A DNA stretch of 62,987 bases, counting the filler, from Hausera hauseri (taxonomy: Eukaryota): assembly GCA_046269625.1 (NCBI GenBank). It is 9 parts of 9 records of this genome, joined end to end, with 100 filler letters (N's around TTAATTAATTAA, not from the genome) between each part and the next. Parts side by side here need not be neighbours in the genome. Positions count along the whole stretch, not along the records: positions 1 to 4,381 come from JBJURY010609110.1; positions 4,482 to 9,716 come from JBJURY010302167.1; positions 9,817 to 13,967 come from JBJURY010733212.1; 6 more parts are not named here. One strand, written 5' to 3'. A program made the translations under genes and the position numbers. Every line of letters begins with the position of its first letter. Within the stretch, counting starts at the first letter, position 1. Positions 1 to 12,049 of the stretch are shown here, in pieces. Below the pieces are notes generated by a model. It ran no database searches, was not told the DNA's origin, and saw nothing but the letters and a program-made list of their open reading frames with translations.

Positions 1-536
1 TAGAGGGAGGAAGCCAGTGGACAATTGGTAAGACGAGGCCGTGACCCAGGGCCGTGACTCAGGGAAGAAACGATCCCATTCCCAACAGTGAAATATTGGA
101 GGACAGGAGAAAAAAAGGACGCGATAATGTATTCCACATCGCATTAACAAAATTCCTTGGTAGTCAGTCTTTCCTAAACACCCGCGGGTACTTCGCAAAC
201 ACGACCAATTCCATTGGAAGAAAAGCAAGTTCATACCAATGGTGCCGATGTTTCAGTCGCAACCACGGTATCCGCGACCATTTTGGACCCTTTAGTCCGA
301 TTCAGTGACGTGTCGGGCCGGTGTGCTGTAATCGGTACTCGTTGGTTGCGGTTGAATTTACACAAAACATTCCCAATCAAATCCAAAAGAAATATTCATA
401 TTGAATTGAATAGCGAGCATGATTAATGTAAAACGAATTTTCTTATAAAAACGACTTATGAAAATCTATTCGAGAATGAATAAACACAAGAGCAAACACA
501 TTTATTACATACAGTGGATAATCTGACTCGTTAAGT

Positions 537-3500
537 TTAAATTCCATTCTGTAATTTACCAACACATGCAATGAACTCGTCGACAATCGTCTGATTAGTA
601 AATCGAATAGCAAATTTCACTTTTTTCGCTTCGCCAGTTTCCGACCCATCTATAGCTACCCAACAAAGAGTATTCTTTGAATCTTCTTTCGGAACTAAAG
701 TCGGACAGTCTCGTGTTATTAATTGGTTACAACACACTTTATGGACAATTTCTCTACGCATCAACAGACGACCCGTTACGTTTCCATCAACACTCTTTGA
801 CAAAACTTTCATCTGTCCCAGCCCACACTCTTTCCATGCATTGCAAGAATCGTCATATTTGTACAATTTAGCTCGCTGTTGAAATAGACATTCCCAACCC
901 TCCTCACCGGTAACTATATCAACCTTATCAGGCAACGCAATGATCGGATCATAATGGGGATCGTAACCATCATCATGATGACTGTCATCCTCCTCATTTA
1001 CGTTATCACCATCCTGTGCTACGGTTTTGATCGCTGATTCATTGACCGAGATCTTATCGTTCGTTAATGAACAATTGCTGCTGAAACTGTATGGAGGAAC
1101 AGTCGTTGAGAAGGTGAACGAAGGTAACGGTTTACAGAAACTGAACGATGATTTGTCTTGTTGTGATCCTCCGCTAAAACTGAAAACCGGTTTGTTTTGC
1201 ACAGTTTGTTCGACAGTACTCTGTTCTGATTTCGATTCGGTTGCTTCAACTGGAACCTGTTCGTCACCGGATGAATCAGATGATCCGTTGTCAGGTAGAT
1301 TTTCGTACGCAAAGAAGTGATCTGGAAGTTTCAGTGCCCTTGCACGTTGGATTTGATCATCTGTTACGAAAGGTTCGCTAACGAAAATGACATCACTATC
1401 ATCATCGTTCTCGTCAATATCGACTACTGCGCTTCCTTGTGGTTCTCTTTGCGGTTCTTCTTTAATCGTACCTTCTTTTGATCTTGAACAAGCGATACAA
1501 ATGTTGTCCGTTGCATTATTTTCCGTCGTGCACTCTACACACTTCCAAACCGACTGTTTACTCGATCCGAACGTAAATGGCAAAGCAGATCCGAAAACAA
1601 AAGTCGGTTTCGTTTCTTTGATATTATTCGGTTGACTACCGAATATAACAGGTCCGGTACTTTGTGTTGAATTCGGTAAATTAAAAGTAAATCCCGATGA
1701 TTGTTTAGTGTCGTTCGATTTCGACAGTTCAAAAGTAAACTTCGATACAATTGCATTGCCGGATGGTTTGGTTAATTGTGATGAACAGGGTTTTTTCGTA
1801 TTGCACGCCGCGCAACTGTCAAGGGTTGTATCGTTCATGGACAAACAAGCATCGCATTGCCATTTTCCCTTAGAGAATTTCGATAAATCGGCGCAAACGT
1901 CGCCCGTCAATTTTCCCGGGGGTTTGGTGGTTTGCGTCATGTTCGGTTTTTTCGTATTGCACGCCGCGCAAGTGTCAAGGGTTGTATCGTTCATGGACAA
2001 ACAAGCATCGCATTGCCATTTCCCCCTACCGAATTTGGCGAGATATTCGCCGATACCGGATTGCCTAACGGATGTCGTATTGCTAGTTGATGACAACCGT
2101 CCAGAACATGCCCGACACGACGCATCCGTATTGTCATTGAAGCTGCAGCAATGTCGGCATCGTAATTTAGCGGCATTAACGTTATTTGTCGATAAATTCC
2201 CAACGTTGTCAAATGATTTATCATATCGCCAAACTTCCTTTGGTGAATTCGAATGGCCGTATTTCGATTTGCGTGATTTGTTACCGGTTTTCCGTTGACG
2301 GAATTTCATTGACGCAATGTTTTCCATTGTCTGAATGATACCGGATGCGTCGTTATGGATTGATTTCAATCCAATGTCCAACATTTGTTCCAGTGAATGA
2401 ACATTGGTCGATATGACGGTTTTTATCTGATTGTTTTCCAATCGTTCAATTCGTTCGTATAATTCGCCGTTTTGCGTTTGTAATTGGCTAACGTTAACGA
2501 TCAGCTGTTCGATTAATTGATCTTTCGTTGAATTGTTGTGACGAATTCGATCGAATTCATTCGATAGCGAATCAAATCGATGGAGCATCAATTTCAATTT
2601 GACGTATAAATTCGAGTAGAGTTCCGTTTGGTGACGGATATTCGTTTGTAAATCGATAATCGATTCGTGATTGTTGTCCAATGAATTGGTTAGTTGATCG
2701 ATTTGTTGCGTTTGATGTAAATTGGACGATTTGCATTTGTCGGTAATTTCGTGCAATTTCAATTCGATTGCCGTCAATTTCTCATTCGTTATCGTATACC
2801 CGTTTTCCGATAATCCGTTACCGTACGGCCGTCCGTGCGGTTCAGTTGATTCATACGACTGCAAATTGCTGTTGCTCGTTTCCACATCGTACGTAAAGTC
2901 GAGTAGCGAATAATCCGCTGTTCCTATTGAATTGATCAATGATATTTGCTCCTCCAATTGACTGCCGATTGTTTCCCGATCATTTCGATCCACATATTCC
3001 AAATTATCCAGTCCGAACTTTACCGAATCCGATGCATCCTTTAAAAGGTCCTGAATTTGTACCGGTGATAAATTGGACCGAAGTGCGGCGATTTTCGCCA
3101 TGGATAATTTCGATTTGACTAACGACAATTCCGGATGTTGGCAATCGATTTGTTCGGCGATTTTGATCGTGTCTTCAATTTCGATGAAGTTGCAATTTGC
3201 CGATGATTTCAAATGCCAATTGACGATGAACAGACAGCCGGTAAATTTCAATTTGGTGATTTCGTCATCGGAATAACGTTTCGTGTCGAAATCGAGAACG
3301 AGAGAATTGTTGGCGAATTTCAATGGGAATTTCAATTGGGAACCGAATGAATGTCGCGATAAATTCGTAATGGGAAGATTTTTCAACAGATTATTCTTAT
3401 CCGATGGACTGATAACAGACGAATAGTATTTCACGGATTGCGCACCGAATGATTCGCTGCTGTCCGATACGAATACCGAATATTCTTGAAGCCATTTCCC

Positions 3501-4381
3501 AATGATCAATCGAACGTTTTCCGCCATGTTTTCGGACGGCTCTTGCAAAACTTCCAGGCCTTTCTTTAGAATATCTCTCAACAAACCGATTTGTGTATTT
3601 TTCTTATTGTTCAACAGAAAATCACAAATTGCCAACCAGAGTTTATTCAAACCGTCGGGAAACGAAACGTTAACAACGCCAATCGGTACGATAACGTTCG
3701 ATTTCTCTGCGAATAGTTTCTGATAAGTCAACAGACAACCGAACAAAAACGACAAAACGTCGACTTTCGTAATGTTTTCCGGTGTTTTCTTTTGAACAGT
3801 CGTAACGGGCAATTTGATGAATAATTTATTCAGAATTAAACTGAGATATTTCTTTGCCGATAATGATAAACTGTTGTTCAGTGATCCGGTTAATCCATTG
3901 ATTTGCCACATGATCGTTTGTAAATCCGGCTGTGATTTGTCGAAATAAAATAAATCCAATTCCAGTAGACGTTCGATATCGTAATTCGGTTTTTTCAAAT
4001 CGAACAATTGAACGAGATTTGAAAAATTCGATAGTTCAGCACCGAAGACAATTCGAGAAAGAACAGACAACCAATTGCCGGCAATTGGTGAAATATCCGA
4101 GTTCAATACCAAATGATTGGCAACGAATCGTCGATAGACCGATTGTTTGGTGATCCATTTCTGAACGATATCTGGAAAATTCGTTTGACTCTACGAAAAT
4201 TACAACTTAACAAGTAGCCTAAATTTAATACCGACGAACTTTCCTGGAAAATGTTTTGAGAACGAATGATAACTTCATGTGCAATTTGCGCGAGATGAAA
4301 CGCCAATTGGTAACAAAATTCCTGGCAATCGTCTGCGGTATTACAATGAAGTAACGCTAATTCCGATAATTTGTTTAGACA
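537..4381 (-). CDS. RANBP2: Nup358/RanBP2-like nucleoporin and SUMO E3 ligase, 5'-truncated by the contig end; exons 4381-4232 and 4190-537
   Basis: Leu-rich N-terminal region, coiled coil, four RanBP2-type zinc fingers (e.g. WQCDACLSMNDTTLDTCAAC), FxFG/FSF repeats, IR1-M-like segment DDSDVIFV...RALKLPDHFFAY, and C-terminal RanBD1 (DPHYDPII...TGEE...RAKLY...WKECGLG...RLLMRRE). A GT-AG intron at 4231-4191 joins the upstream exon in frame. Confidence 0.93.
1789..2026. repeat. Near-identical duplication of a zinc-finger unit, period 156 nt
   Basis: ~80 nt at 1789-1870 repeated at 1945-2026 with very few differences, both encoding GKWQCDACLSMNDTTLD(T/S)CAACNTKKP. Confidence 0.9.
4191..4231 (-). 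other. 41-nt spliceosomal intron (phase 0) in RanBP2
   Basis: Minus strand reads GTATTA...TTTTCGTAG. Removal gives continuous ...IFQESSS|SQTNFPDIVQKW...NHLVLNSD into the 1191-aa ORF. Confidence 0.85.
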
Positions 4382-4481
4382 NNNNNNNNNNNNNNNNNNN
4401 NNNNNNNNNNNNNNNNNNNNNNNNNTTAATTAATTAANNNNNNNNNNNNNNNNNNNNNNNNNNNNNNNNNNNNNNNNNNNN
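4382..4481. other. Artificial contig linker (44N-TTAATTAATTAA-44N); also at 9717-9816, 13968-14067, 22885-22984, 34527-34626, 39041-39140, 46049-46148, 54694-54793
   Basis: Eight identical 100-nt spacers whose core has stop codons in all six frames. Confidence 0.98.
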
Positions 4482-4483
4482 GA

Positions 4484-4558
<75 letters not shown>
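4482..4558 (+). repeat. (GAAA)n microsatellite
   Basis: Perfect GAAA run at the contig start. Confidence 0.98.
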
Positions 4559-4768
4559 TGTAATGTTTAAAATTGTACCAAACGCCCGCAATCATTCTAA
4601 CTTAGTCCTTTATTAGTCTCTGAAAGCGTTCGTCAAGGGATGCGATGTAACCCGAGTGTTGTCAATCTCCGTTTAATATTTGAATCGCAGATAATCACGC
4701 ACTTCAAATGTTATTTTTTAAAATATCTCATAGGAAATTTAGGATTACTTAAAGTGTCTGGGATTAGG

Positions 4769-5160
4769 CTAGTCCCCTTGTCTCCTGCATTGCACGCGAC
4801 TGTTAACATTCCATGTTCCTATATACATGATTGCGCTGGTTGAGAGATTGATTCGCAGTCTGCTGGCTTCAAGAATCTTATGGCTTTCATCACCAGGCGT
4901 TATACTGCTTCTAGGAGAAGCTCCATCCCTTCCCAGGGCGGTGGATCTTTGAGTTATTTTCGTAGTAATATTTTTTACGGTGCCGAGCAACTAACCCTGC
5001 GACCCAACCCCAACCTGGAGGACCAATGGGTCCTTCTTAGTCTGGTCACTGCTCTTTGACCTGTCCTGCTTTGTTTAACCTTTTGGTAGCAAGCTACCGT
5101 CGGCATCGCTCACAAGCCTCCCAACCACTAGAAGGTGGGGACACCATTGGGAGAGTGAAG
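4769..5160 (-). mobile_element. 5' end fragment of an RTE-type LINE (5' UTR and start of the APE endonuclease)
   Basis: Minus-strand peptide contains YIGTWNV (APE motif I); the upstream sequence resembles an RTE 5' UTR. Confidence 0.6.
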
Positions 5161-7647
5161 AGTATTTTGTAGTATTTTAATCACTGATATTTTTCTGGGT
5201 CTGAGGTTCACATGCCGTGACGTGAGAACAGTGACTGACTATCTCTGTTAATTCGTGAAAATTAATGTGTTCATAACGTAGTTTCGAGTCCTTGCCACTT
5301 TTAACAAGGAGTAGAGAGAAAACACTATAATTCTTCAACCGCGGTCCCTGAATTAGTTGACGCCGGTCGAGTGTATAACCTTACAACTACGTGCGAAAAT
5401 TGTGATGTGACCAACAGAAAAGTTATTTAAAGCGAAGTTCCAATGGCCATTGATGGGTCGTGAAAAACAGCCCAGTTTGTTTAATTCATTGATATCAACA
5501 TCTGATACCTTTATCAGATACACGACTAGTAATAGTTATGTTGTGGGTACTCGTACAGAACTATGCAACATGGGACACGGCTGATATCTAGAATTTCTTG
5601 CAATTAAGTTGTGGGTTCTTGATGATTTCTGGTAATCATTATATCACTAACTTAATCAGTCATAATCTATGATATGATATCTAAATAGAAATGTATAACA
5701 TCAATGGAGGATTTTGTCATTTATCATTGATATTAGTGACTGAGAGAAGCTTGCACAAATCGCTCGGCATGGAAGTCATCTCTGCGCTGAAGGCGTAATA
5801 ACATTCGCCAGGATGTAGGACAAAGTAATATACGCGTAGCTTGTTCCTGTTGTGACAGTGTTTGTAAGTCAAACATTGGTAGATTTAGCTATGACAGAAA
5901 ACACTATTCAGTGGGACAGGACATATTTTTGGGGTTTCTTTTAAGACGATCTGACACACACACAAAAAAAGAGGAAAATATAAAGTGTTTTCGTCAACTC
6001 CATTACCATTAATTTTCTACTGCATTTTCTTCTTCCCGTAATAAACCACTTGGCGTCTGCAGCATAGTTCTGTGATTTATGGGGTGTCTACTTTCTCGAT
6101 TTTCTTTTCTTTTTCCCTGTTCTTCTTATATGGCTCTTCTTCATATTAGAATTTAAGTACCTAATTCCTTTTTCCTTTCAAAATTGTGCTAGTATGAAGG
6201 CCAAGACTGAAGGCGCCGCCTCCTTTCGTAAATTCCGACCTGTCACATAGACGGGCTTTTAATCAAGTGAAGATCAGTCGAGTAAGTTTTAGTGATTTTC
6301 ACAGACAATGCGACGGTATATTACTGTTTGCTTGTCTCTTTTCATACGATCGTTATAGCCTGATCCAGATGTCTGGTAGATTTCTAGCTAAATAGTTCTC
6401 ACTGACGGACGCCAGGGGTGGGAACTCTACAGTGAGCTGATTACAAACAACTGGCGACGTCTATTTTTTGTGTGGCCTACAGTTCAATACAGAGAAGTTT
6501 GGTAATATGTAAGTGTTTGATTGAAAAGTGTGTGTACGAACATCAGCAAGCTAAAGTACATGTCTCTTCTACCAGAAGTTTTGTTTATAGTGTCTTCCTT
6601 ACTGAAAATCGTAAGGTATCTGAAAATTTAGCTAGCGTATGACGCTAATTGAGTGGGTGTTGCGTTCAAATTTCATTCATCTTGATAGTTATTCTCTTTC
6701 CTATACATGGCGTGAAACGCACATCTCGTACACAGTACCTAAACCCCAAAAGATCAAATCCCTGCAGTAATACTACTAAACATTTTAGTGGGCTTAATTA
6801 ATGTTAGATTTTACACAATCAAAAGTTAATAATGCCTTAACGGGCCTCTCGAATCCCGGACCCCCAGGATAGTGTTCTTCAGATCCTTCTACGTAAGGGT
6901 CATGCAGCTATTAACCATATCAAAAACTATAATGAGTTACGTCATTCAGTTAATGGTCTTGGGAAAAGGCCGATAATGTCTGTTGAAGAAAGGAAGTAAA
7001 TCACAGTGCAGTCAGTCTGTCGACATGACTGGCGTTTCCGTGAAATTTACTACAGAGTGTCTGTAGAGAGTATCTCATTGTCTGTGCTTTTGAGCGAACA
7101 ACAATGTCTTGGCCTATTGTTAATCAGAGCCTGATACTTACGTTCCACTTCGTAGGTGAACAAAAGAGTGGATTTGACAGGTGAGCAAACATTAACACTA
7201 ACTAATCATGACCATTACGGATCGGTTCGCATTTATATGTCGAAAACGGAGGGCTGAGATACTCATTCAAAAGACGAGATGGAGATATCAGAATAAAACA
7301 TATCAACACGAGGAAACCTCATCATCTGAAAGCTACAACATTTCTGACAATTTTTAGGCCTTGCTTTTTGACACAGGAAGAAAACAGTAAACATTTAATG
7401 TTCAGATATTGTCTACTTTTCTGCTATTAATTATTATTCATTAAAAAGATGGTTATTATTTGTTAGCAAGTCTTTACAATTGTATCCTTTCAGCTGTCAA
7501 CATTTCTCGCCGAATCTATATCTTTCTTTGAAAAGTGCGTATCTAAGTCATGGGGTTAAAAAAGTTGTGAAGGCTTGCAAGAATTGAAAATATGATGAAA
7601 TACAAATAGTACTGTGGGGGTGGAAGGTGAGGACAAGTTTAACCCTG

Positions 7648-8068
7648 TCAGAAGAAGTCGCCTGCCTGGAATTGAAGGGGGGAGACTCGGGAGAGAGCCG
7701 ATGATAGAATGTGTTCGGGGTACGACCTCCTGCGGAAGAAGTCCATCATCTGATGGGCGTGTTCCGTGAAATCTTTGTCGGCTTGACAAAGACGACGTAG
7801 GCGGAGAAGTTGGGAATATGGTAGGGAGTGAAGACAGGAGGGAGGGTGGGAGGAGTTGTAGAGAAGGTAGCTGTGTGCATCAGTAGGTTTGTAGAAGACA
7901 GTGGTGGAGAGTTTCGTAGGTTCAATGGAGACAGTGATGTCGAGGAAGTTGACAGAAGTGGACACAGTGGGGGTAAACTTAATAGCGGGATGGAAGTTGC
8001 TGACAAAGGAAATGAAGCGGTCGAGGTCCTCCTTGGACATGTCTGTGATGCCGATGACATCATCATAT
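7648..8068 (-). mobile_element. Penelope-like element RT fragment
   Basis: DDVIG...NFHPAIKFT...VNFLDITV...TTVFYKPTDAHSYLLYNSSHP...SLPYSQLLRLRRLC...RSYP is the characteristic PLE RT palm/thumb. Confidence 0.88.
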
Positions 8069-8099
8069 CTGCGATAATGAGTCAGAAAGGACCTGATGC

Positions 8100-9070
8100 C
8101 ACACTAGGTGTTCAAAGTATCCATCAGGGATTCACCTTTCTAATGCATAGCTTATTTTCCCCATTGTTGTCTATCATAAGCAAGCCTGAGGAATTTTCCA
8201 ATGGACTTGCCTATCAATTCTGGACACTATCTGCCTAGCATGGCTTGGGACTACCAATTTTTCTTCTCCATTTACTGTTGACATGTTAACACACCATTGT
8301 AGATTACTTGATTTTACAATTGTCAGTACAACTTTGCGTGGTCCTACAGTCTTTCTCATTACTTCTCGAAGCTTCAGAATTTGTAACATGATCCAAGTAT
8401 GATATTTGATGGATCATTTGGAAACAATGTGTTCCATCTGTTGGTATTTTTGTCACTAGATAGCTGGTTAAATTTCCATGTTCTACATGCATTAAAAAAT
8501 GCTGGCCTTGACAGTATTGCAAAATATTTAATAATAATACACTGCTTGCACAGTCATCGAGCGTCAGCTCTTATTGAGTGGGGGGTTTGTGATCAGCTTC
8601 TTTTCATAGAGTTATCTTCTATCCCATGAGGGGTGTGCAAGACATGTTGGGCACTGTACCACTAATCACTGGGGAGTATTTATCCTTGCTAGCTCCAAAT
8701 TGCTTCTGCTGATGTGTCTCTGATCTCTCCGTTTCTCACTGTCAGCTATTCCACATTCCAGTATCTACAGACTCAGTAGGGCTCACCACTGTGTAGTCCC
8801 TGCCACCAAATGACCACTATATCCTGGATATAAACAGGTTTGGCAGCTAATCTGAGCTCATGTGCTCTGCCAAAGGGATCGTCACGTCATGCAGTCCAGC
8901 TGTCTTAGGATGGTGGGAACACAAACACAAGCAAGGGAACTCAGTATAGTTTAGCCAGTCGGTTGAGACTGTTACTGGCAGATGGCTTCTGGGATCCATA
9001 CACCTGGGAGGTCAAGGTGGATGGACAGGTTTGAGCCACTGAGCAAGTGTGGCCGCTCATTCCTGAAAGA
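8100..9070 (-). mobile_element. Highly decayed Gypsy pol remnant
   Basis: Residual EEKLVVP..AR (integrase zinc-finger lead-in) and VYIQDIVV (degenerate YxDD), with many indels. Confidence 0.35.
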
Positions 9071-9379
9071 TGCTACCACTTCTGATCTCCCCCTTAATCC
9101 AGTAAGTGACCATGGTCTAATCGAGCAGCTGTAAAAAAAAATAGTCTGCCAAACACAATCATAAATGTTTATGTATCGAAATGAAATAAGGACAAAAAGA
9201 TGCAGGCTGTGCAAAAAACAGACTGAATATCAGGAACAGAGTAGCCATCTTGAATTCTCTCTGCGAGATCAGAGCCTTTGGTAGGATTTAAAGGGGTTAC
9301 CTGATTCTTCTTCTTCTTTCATTAACATTGATCTGTATCTGCAGATGTGTCTCCCTGATGAACTGCAAAGTGTTCTGGA

Positions 9380-9716
9380 GTTCTATCATGGAGCCGTATA
9401 TCTTTGTATCTAGTGATGTGTTCACTTGACCAGTGATTGCGCCTCAGTGCATCATACTGGGTGCAATTTTGAAGAATATGTTATACAGTCTGGGGTGACT
9501 GTCCACACGTGCACAGGCAGATTCACCTATTCTAAATTTTGTGCGGAATTGGTTATGTCCTATTCTGAGGCAAAATATTGTGATTTGTTCATTTCTGTCC
9601 AACATATGATAGGCATCTGGTAAAACTGAGGGTGATTTCTTGTGTATCTTTATCATACTCTTCTTGTGGTCATACGTTATTGGGATGTTTGGTTGCTCCA
9701 TTAGAGTACCGCCTTT
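9380..9716 (-). mobile_element. C-terminal fragment of an I/Nimb/Ingi-group non-LTR retrotransposon
   Basis: DAYHMLDRNEQITIFCLRIGHNQ...KFRIGES followed by HILQNC-like zinc-knuckle residues. Confidence 0.6.
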
Positions 9717-10569
9717 NNNNNNNNNNNNNNNNNNNNNNNNNNNNNNNNNNNNNNNNNNNNTTAATTAATTAANNNNNNNNNNNNNNNNNNNNNNNNNNNN
9801 NNNNNNNNNNNNNNNNCAGTTATGGCCAATAGCACTTTGTTTTGTTTCATACTGAACAGTTGTAATTACAATCTCGCTGTACCTTTGATGTTCAAAATAA
9901 AATATAAGTTATTAAAGCCTCAAGTTTAAGTCATTTTATTGGAGTGTGTTCGCAAAATAACCAAAACACATTCGAACAACCTTCGGAGTATGCTTCATTT
10001 GTATGTTAACAGCGACCTATACGGATTTACAATTTTGAGTGCAAGTACCAGTTTAAATTCTACAAACATCGAGAAAATCACATGTGCTAATATCACCTTC
10101 CCGGCTGTATATTTCCGCTATCCTTCAGAATGCATACAGATTTTGAGTGATACTCTGCACGAACAAATTTGTATTTTGGGCGGGGATTTAAAACCCTTTC
10201 GTTTATTCATCCGCGATGTTTGTCGATGGATTAGATTTACCCATATCAATTCAACAAATGCTTATAATAATTTTGGAAACAATAGACCACTGCCTGATTG
10301 TTTAGAATTACTCGACTTGGCCCAGTCATTGTTGGACGATCGTAGTTCTAATGAAACATTTTCTTCTCGAATGAATGATCAGGCATTTAAAAGGCAATGT
10401 CAAAATCATAATAAACATTATTGCTAATCTACAGACGTTATCTATTGTTTGGCCGACGGTTAAAGAAGCGTTAAAGGATAAATTCGAAGTAGAAAAACGC
10501 TGTTTTGATCCAGAAGCTTTAAGACATCATTACACGACCCTTCGACAGATACGATACTTTACATGCATT

Positions 10570-11250
10570 TTGGAATATGGATACGAATATTTGCTTTGTT
10601 CACACCGTCTTGTAATAACCCCATTAACAGACAGATGTTATGTGACTGACAGGTGCTTTGAATTTCAATCCTGGTGGCAATGCAGAAGGACCCGCAGGAA
10701 CTGGACTAACCGAAACAATTGAAGATCTTGCAAAAGCCGTAAGGCGACAGTGCGTAGTTTTCAACTGTTGGGAGAAACTGGATAATTTAACAGGGGCGAA
10801 ATTTTTGTTGGAATAATTCAAATTGTATCTTGGTGTTACTTTGACGAATTCACTCGAATGAACTTGGAAGTGTTGTCCATTATTGCTGCACAAATATATT
10901 TTCTGAAGTGTGCGAAGGACGCAAAAGTCGAGAGATGTATATTTGAAAACAACGAAATCAAACTAAATACATTTTGTGGTATATCTATCTCGATGAATCC
11001 GTCTTACGCAGGCCTTGATCGTCTACCTAATAATTTAAATTCTCTCTTTCGACCTTTTGTAATGATGGTCCCTGATTATGGCTTGATGAGTAAAATTATT
11101 CTGTCCTCCCAAGGATTTGTTTCAGCCAGACCGTTGAGCAGCAAAGTCACAAATCTATACCGATTCTGCAATGATCAGTTGTCGTTTCGACACCATTATG
11201 ACTTTGGACTGAGGTCAATTGAGTTTGTATTAATTCTGGCCGGAGATACC
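10570..11250 (+). pseudogene. Axonemal dynein heavy chain AAA1 fragment, frameshifted
   Basis: YGYEYL..RLVITPLTDRCY / GPAGTG(K>L)TET..DLAKA..CVVFNC / WCYFDEFTR / MNPSYAG..LP.NL.SLFRP..MMVPD / HYDFGLR; at least two frameshifts and one stop. Confidence 0.92.
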
Positions 11251-11399
11251 CGATTGAAAAGAATACTGAAGAATGTTTCCCAGCATTACTCAAGGGAGGT
11301 ATCCATGTGAAGAAAAAACTCAAATGGGGGAATTTATATAGAACACTGATGTTAGGCAGCCACTACAGCATAGAGAAATCTGAGTTGTTATCGAAATGT

Positions 11400-11920
11400 A
11401 AGATAATTATGTTATTGACCGGGCCAAACATGGGTAAAAAATCTACTCTCATGCGAGGAACTGCTTTATTAATCGTTCTATCTCAACTCGGTTGCTCGGC
11501 TCCAGCTGAGAATCCCGTTATTTTGACTTCAGTTAATAGACTTCTCACCCGTCAAAAGGCCAATGATGTGATTGGGCCGAATCAATTGACATTGCAAGTT
11601 GAACCAAACGAGACAGAATATATTTTAGCTTATATGTCGGAAAATTCTTTTCTACTCATCGATGAACTTGGTTGTGGAACTGCCACCTATGATTGGTGTG
11701 CTCTGGCCTGTTTGCTATTGAGTGTTATTATCACCAATTGTACTCCGAGAACTGTTTTAGGTACTCATTTTTACAAATTGCTCGACGAGAAAGATGTCGC
11801 CTTCAAAGTTGAAATACGCCACATGGCTTTTATGGTTGAAGATGAAATTAATTCTATTACAGAAAATATTTCCCTTTTGCTGAATATAACCTTTCTGTAC
11901 AAATTAGTTAAAGGCAGCCA
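11400..11920 (+). pseudogene. MSH6: MutS domain V (ATPase) fragment, MSH6-like, degenerate
   Basis: LLTGPNMG(G>K)KSTLMR..L.QLGC, LIDELG.GTATYD, GTHF, HMAFMVEDE..ITFLYK; the last motifs are MSH6-typical. Several conserved residues are lost. Confidence 0.8.
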
Positions 11921-12049
11921 ATTCGCTTATAGTACTATGCACTTCAGGAGTAGTGAGAATAGGTCAACGGGTTCCAAATTCGTCACTATTCTTCACAATG
12001 TCCTCAAAGCCTCTGGGTAATAATCTAATTAAAAGAAAGAACCAACATT

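Noticed and set aside
1-426. Short plus-strand ORFs with a downstream AATAAA, possibly a convergent gene
   Set aside because: No recognisable domain or consistent frame; cannot be supported.
677-3723. Plus-strand ORFs up to 196 aa opposite RanBP2
   Set aside because: Antisense shadows of the real gene with no independent motifs.
4426-4437. TTAATTAATTAA palindrome recurring eight times
   Set aside because: Always centred in exactly 44+44 N; an assembly linker, so ORFs spanning X runs and cross-contig gene neighbourhoods are artefacts.
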